A DNA stretch of 64,000 nucleotides from Nostoc sp. (GTDB lineage Bacteria; Cyanobacteriota; Cyanobacteriia; Cyanobacteriales; Nostocaceae). Positions 63,601-64,000 of this stretch are shown here, piece after piece. The translations under genes were made by a program, and so were the position numbers. The notes below the pieces were generated by a model, which had not been told where the DNA came from, did no database searches, and worked only from the letters and a program-made list of their open reading frames with translations. The first letter of the stretch is position 1; each line of letters opens with the position of its first letter. The stretch covers positions 94,158 through 158,157 of the forward strand of contig JBALDB010000006.1 in assembly GCA_036918135.1 (NCBI GenBank). The letters run 5' to 3'.

Positions 63601-64000
63601 CCGGAGTGGTCTTAGCTGGGTTGGCAGTTACAGCGTGGAATGCAGCACAAAGGGCAGAACAGGAAAGAAAACAAGCTGCAATTAGTGAAATTAACGCTCT
63701 TACTAATTCTTCAGACGCGTTTTTTTTCTCTGGGCAAAACCCCGATGCCTTAATAGAAGGCTTAAAAGCCGGGGGAAAACTAAAACTAACGCCTTGGGCA
63801 AACACAGATACCCAAATGCGGACTATGGCAACGTTAAGGCAAGCAGTTTATTTGCAGCCAAAAGAGTATAAAGAAAATAGAGCGATCGAGGTTAATACCT
63901 TAGAAGGGCATAGCAGTACGGTCTTTAGCGTCGTCTTCAGCCCCGATGGCAAGACACTGGCTTCTGGCAGTGATGACAAGACCATCAAACTCTGGGATGT
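60675..64000 (+). CDS. Large STAND-type NTPase (nSTAND1-like) with TPR-like region, TM helix and WD40 repeats; runs off the window
   Basis: ATG 60675 (MTDSQPVEDN); the same frame gives HGQSGVGKSSL Walker A, LIFDQFEEFF Walker B, VRPIELQV, YQLVHDY, hydrophobic ALFGSLAAGVVLAGLAV and LEGHSSTVFSVVFSPDGKTLASGSDDKTIKLWD; absent from ORF track because no stop lies in the window. Confidence 0.92.
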   Translation, partial: MTDSQPVEDNLANNDRSLQQLAWAIESSVGQFKLILARCNYAKLRDRLIERLQEICRVEIKLLVVQQSHRTLYTAIQEEFGENLPACVMVAGLETVQNLTAMLTSANQVREEFRKNFAFPLVLWIDDEIYKQLMQLAPDLESWATTKNFDISTQQLVDFIIETANQWFSNNLNFSVDVYIKLENELEAAQRYLLNQPDVYNLEIRANLESLLGFIKQINNHKDSALQHYHKALELWQQSNNLERQVKILGEIAFCYYLKAFKHQDINHPDWQATGHYVQEYINFINQFRSPELIANSVVKFGDILRDLQKWETLQSLSEQALLIHQTNNQPIELAKDYGFLAEVALAENNWVKADHLVKEALKVFDNIPNLESANISGVLADNPGRVFKSKDLSLYRFILGRSQYHLNQIPEATFSLETASDVGNPLEDVRLYLDILSFLQQLYFEQKKYLQAYNIKQQRRSIEQQFGLRAFIGAGRLEATKQAFVETLRSNSPQGNIAPEIAASGRLLDVERLIERMGRPDYKLIVIHGQSGVGKSSLVNAGLVPALKNKAIGIQDYLPIIIRVYTNWLEELGKLLGRDEAGGRGQGAGGELELQVSSSQGQRSASEGQLSPSEAQLSSSEAQLSSSEGQLSSSEGQLSSSEGQLSSSEGQRSPSELGTPQYLISRLKENEQRNLRTVLIFDQFEEFFFVYTEPAQRKQFFEFLGECLNVLSVKVILSLRVDYIHYLLECNDLLSLQIIGNDILSKNVLYKLGNFSPADAKSIIQRLTENTSFHLEPALVEQMVLDLAAELGEVRPIELQVMGAQLQTENITTLAEYRQRGTKDELVKRYLHEVVNDCGVENQQAADILLYLLTDEKGTRPLKTRAELERDLHALSKEADKTQFSPSPHLPVSLSNLDLILEIFVQSGLVVLLPENPVDRYQLVHDYIAAFIRQQQEPKLKQVMAELEKEREQRKLSDTKLNKFLKRALFGSLAAGVVLAGLAVTAWNAAQRAEQERKQAAISEINALTNSSDAFFFSGQNPDALIEGLKAGGKLKLTPWANTDTQMRTMATLRQAVYLQPKEYKENRAIEVNTLEGHSSTVFSVVFSPDGKTLASGSDDKTIKLWD
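62472..62639 (+). repeat. 8 x 21-bp tandem repeat (consensus TCAGAAGGTCAACTTTCATCT) in frame within the STAND gene
   Basis: Units start at 62472, 62493, 62514, 62535, 62556, 62577, 62598 and 62619; encode SEGQLSS-type heptads. Confidence 0.95.

Overview
Chromosomal window from a filamentous, probably heterocyst-forming cyanobacterium (Nostoc-like): frequent HIP1 octamers GCGATCGC, heptamer tandem repeats, psaB, ndhB and a FurC/PerR-like regulator. Most of it is housekeeping backbone (psaB end, larE, hrmK-like kinase, natD, lipA, ndhB, EF-G paralogue, ctpC, ispG, ispD, scpB, CRR6, cobD, HU). Three accessory stretches stand out. (1) About 0.9-2.6 kb is a graveyard of gene fragments: a PIN-like remnant, a ~19-codon cyanase (cynS) stump and a shattered N4-cytosine methyltransferase. 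(2) About 12.2-25.7 kb holds a terpene synthase + P450 pair surrounded by four signalling genes, including a stand-alone V4R/MetOD1-like protein paired with a PAS kinase; this is the best candidate for an uncharacterised make-and-sense terpenoid signalling system. (3) From 58.9 kb to the window end is an AAA ATPase, two tiny overlapping ORFs and a >1100-aa STAND-NTPase/TM/WD40 gene that is absent from the supplied ORF track and carries an in-frame 8 x 21-bp repeat cassette. Also present are an insert-Cys cyanobacteriochrome kinase and several families of small dispersed repeats/MITEs, many of which sit in frame inside genes or supply their stop codons. All family assignments come from motif recognition and recall, not database searches.
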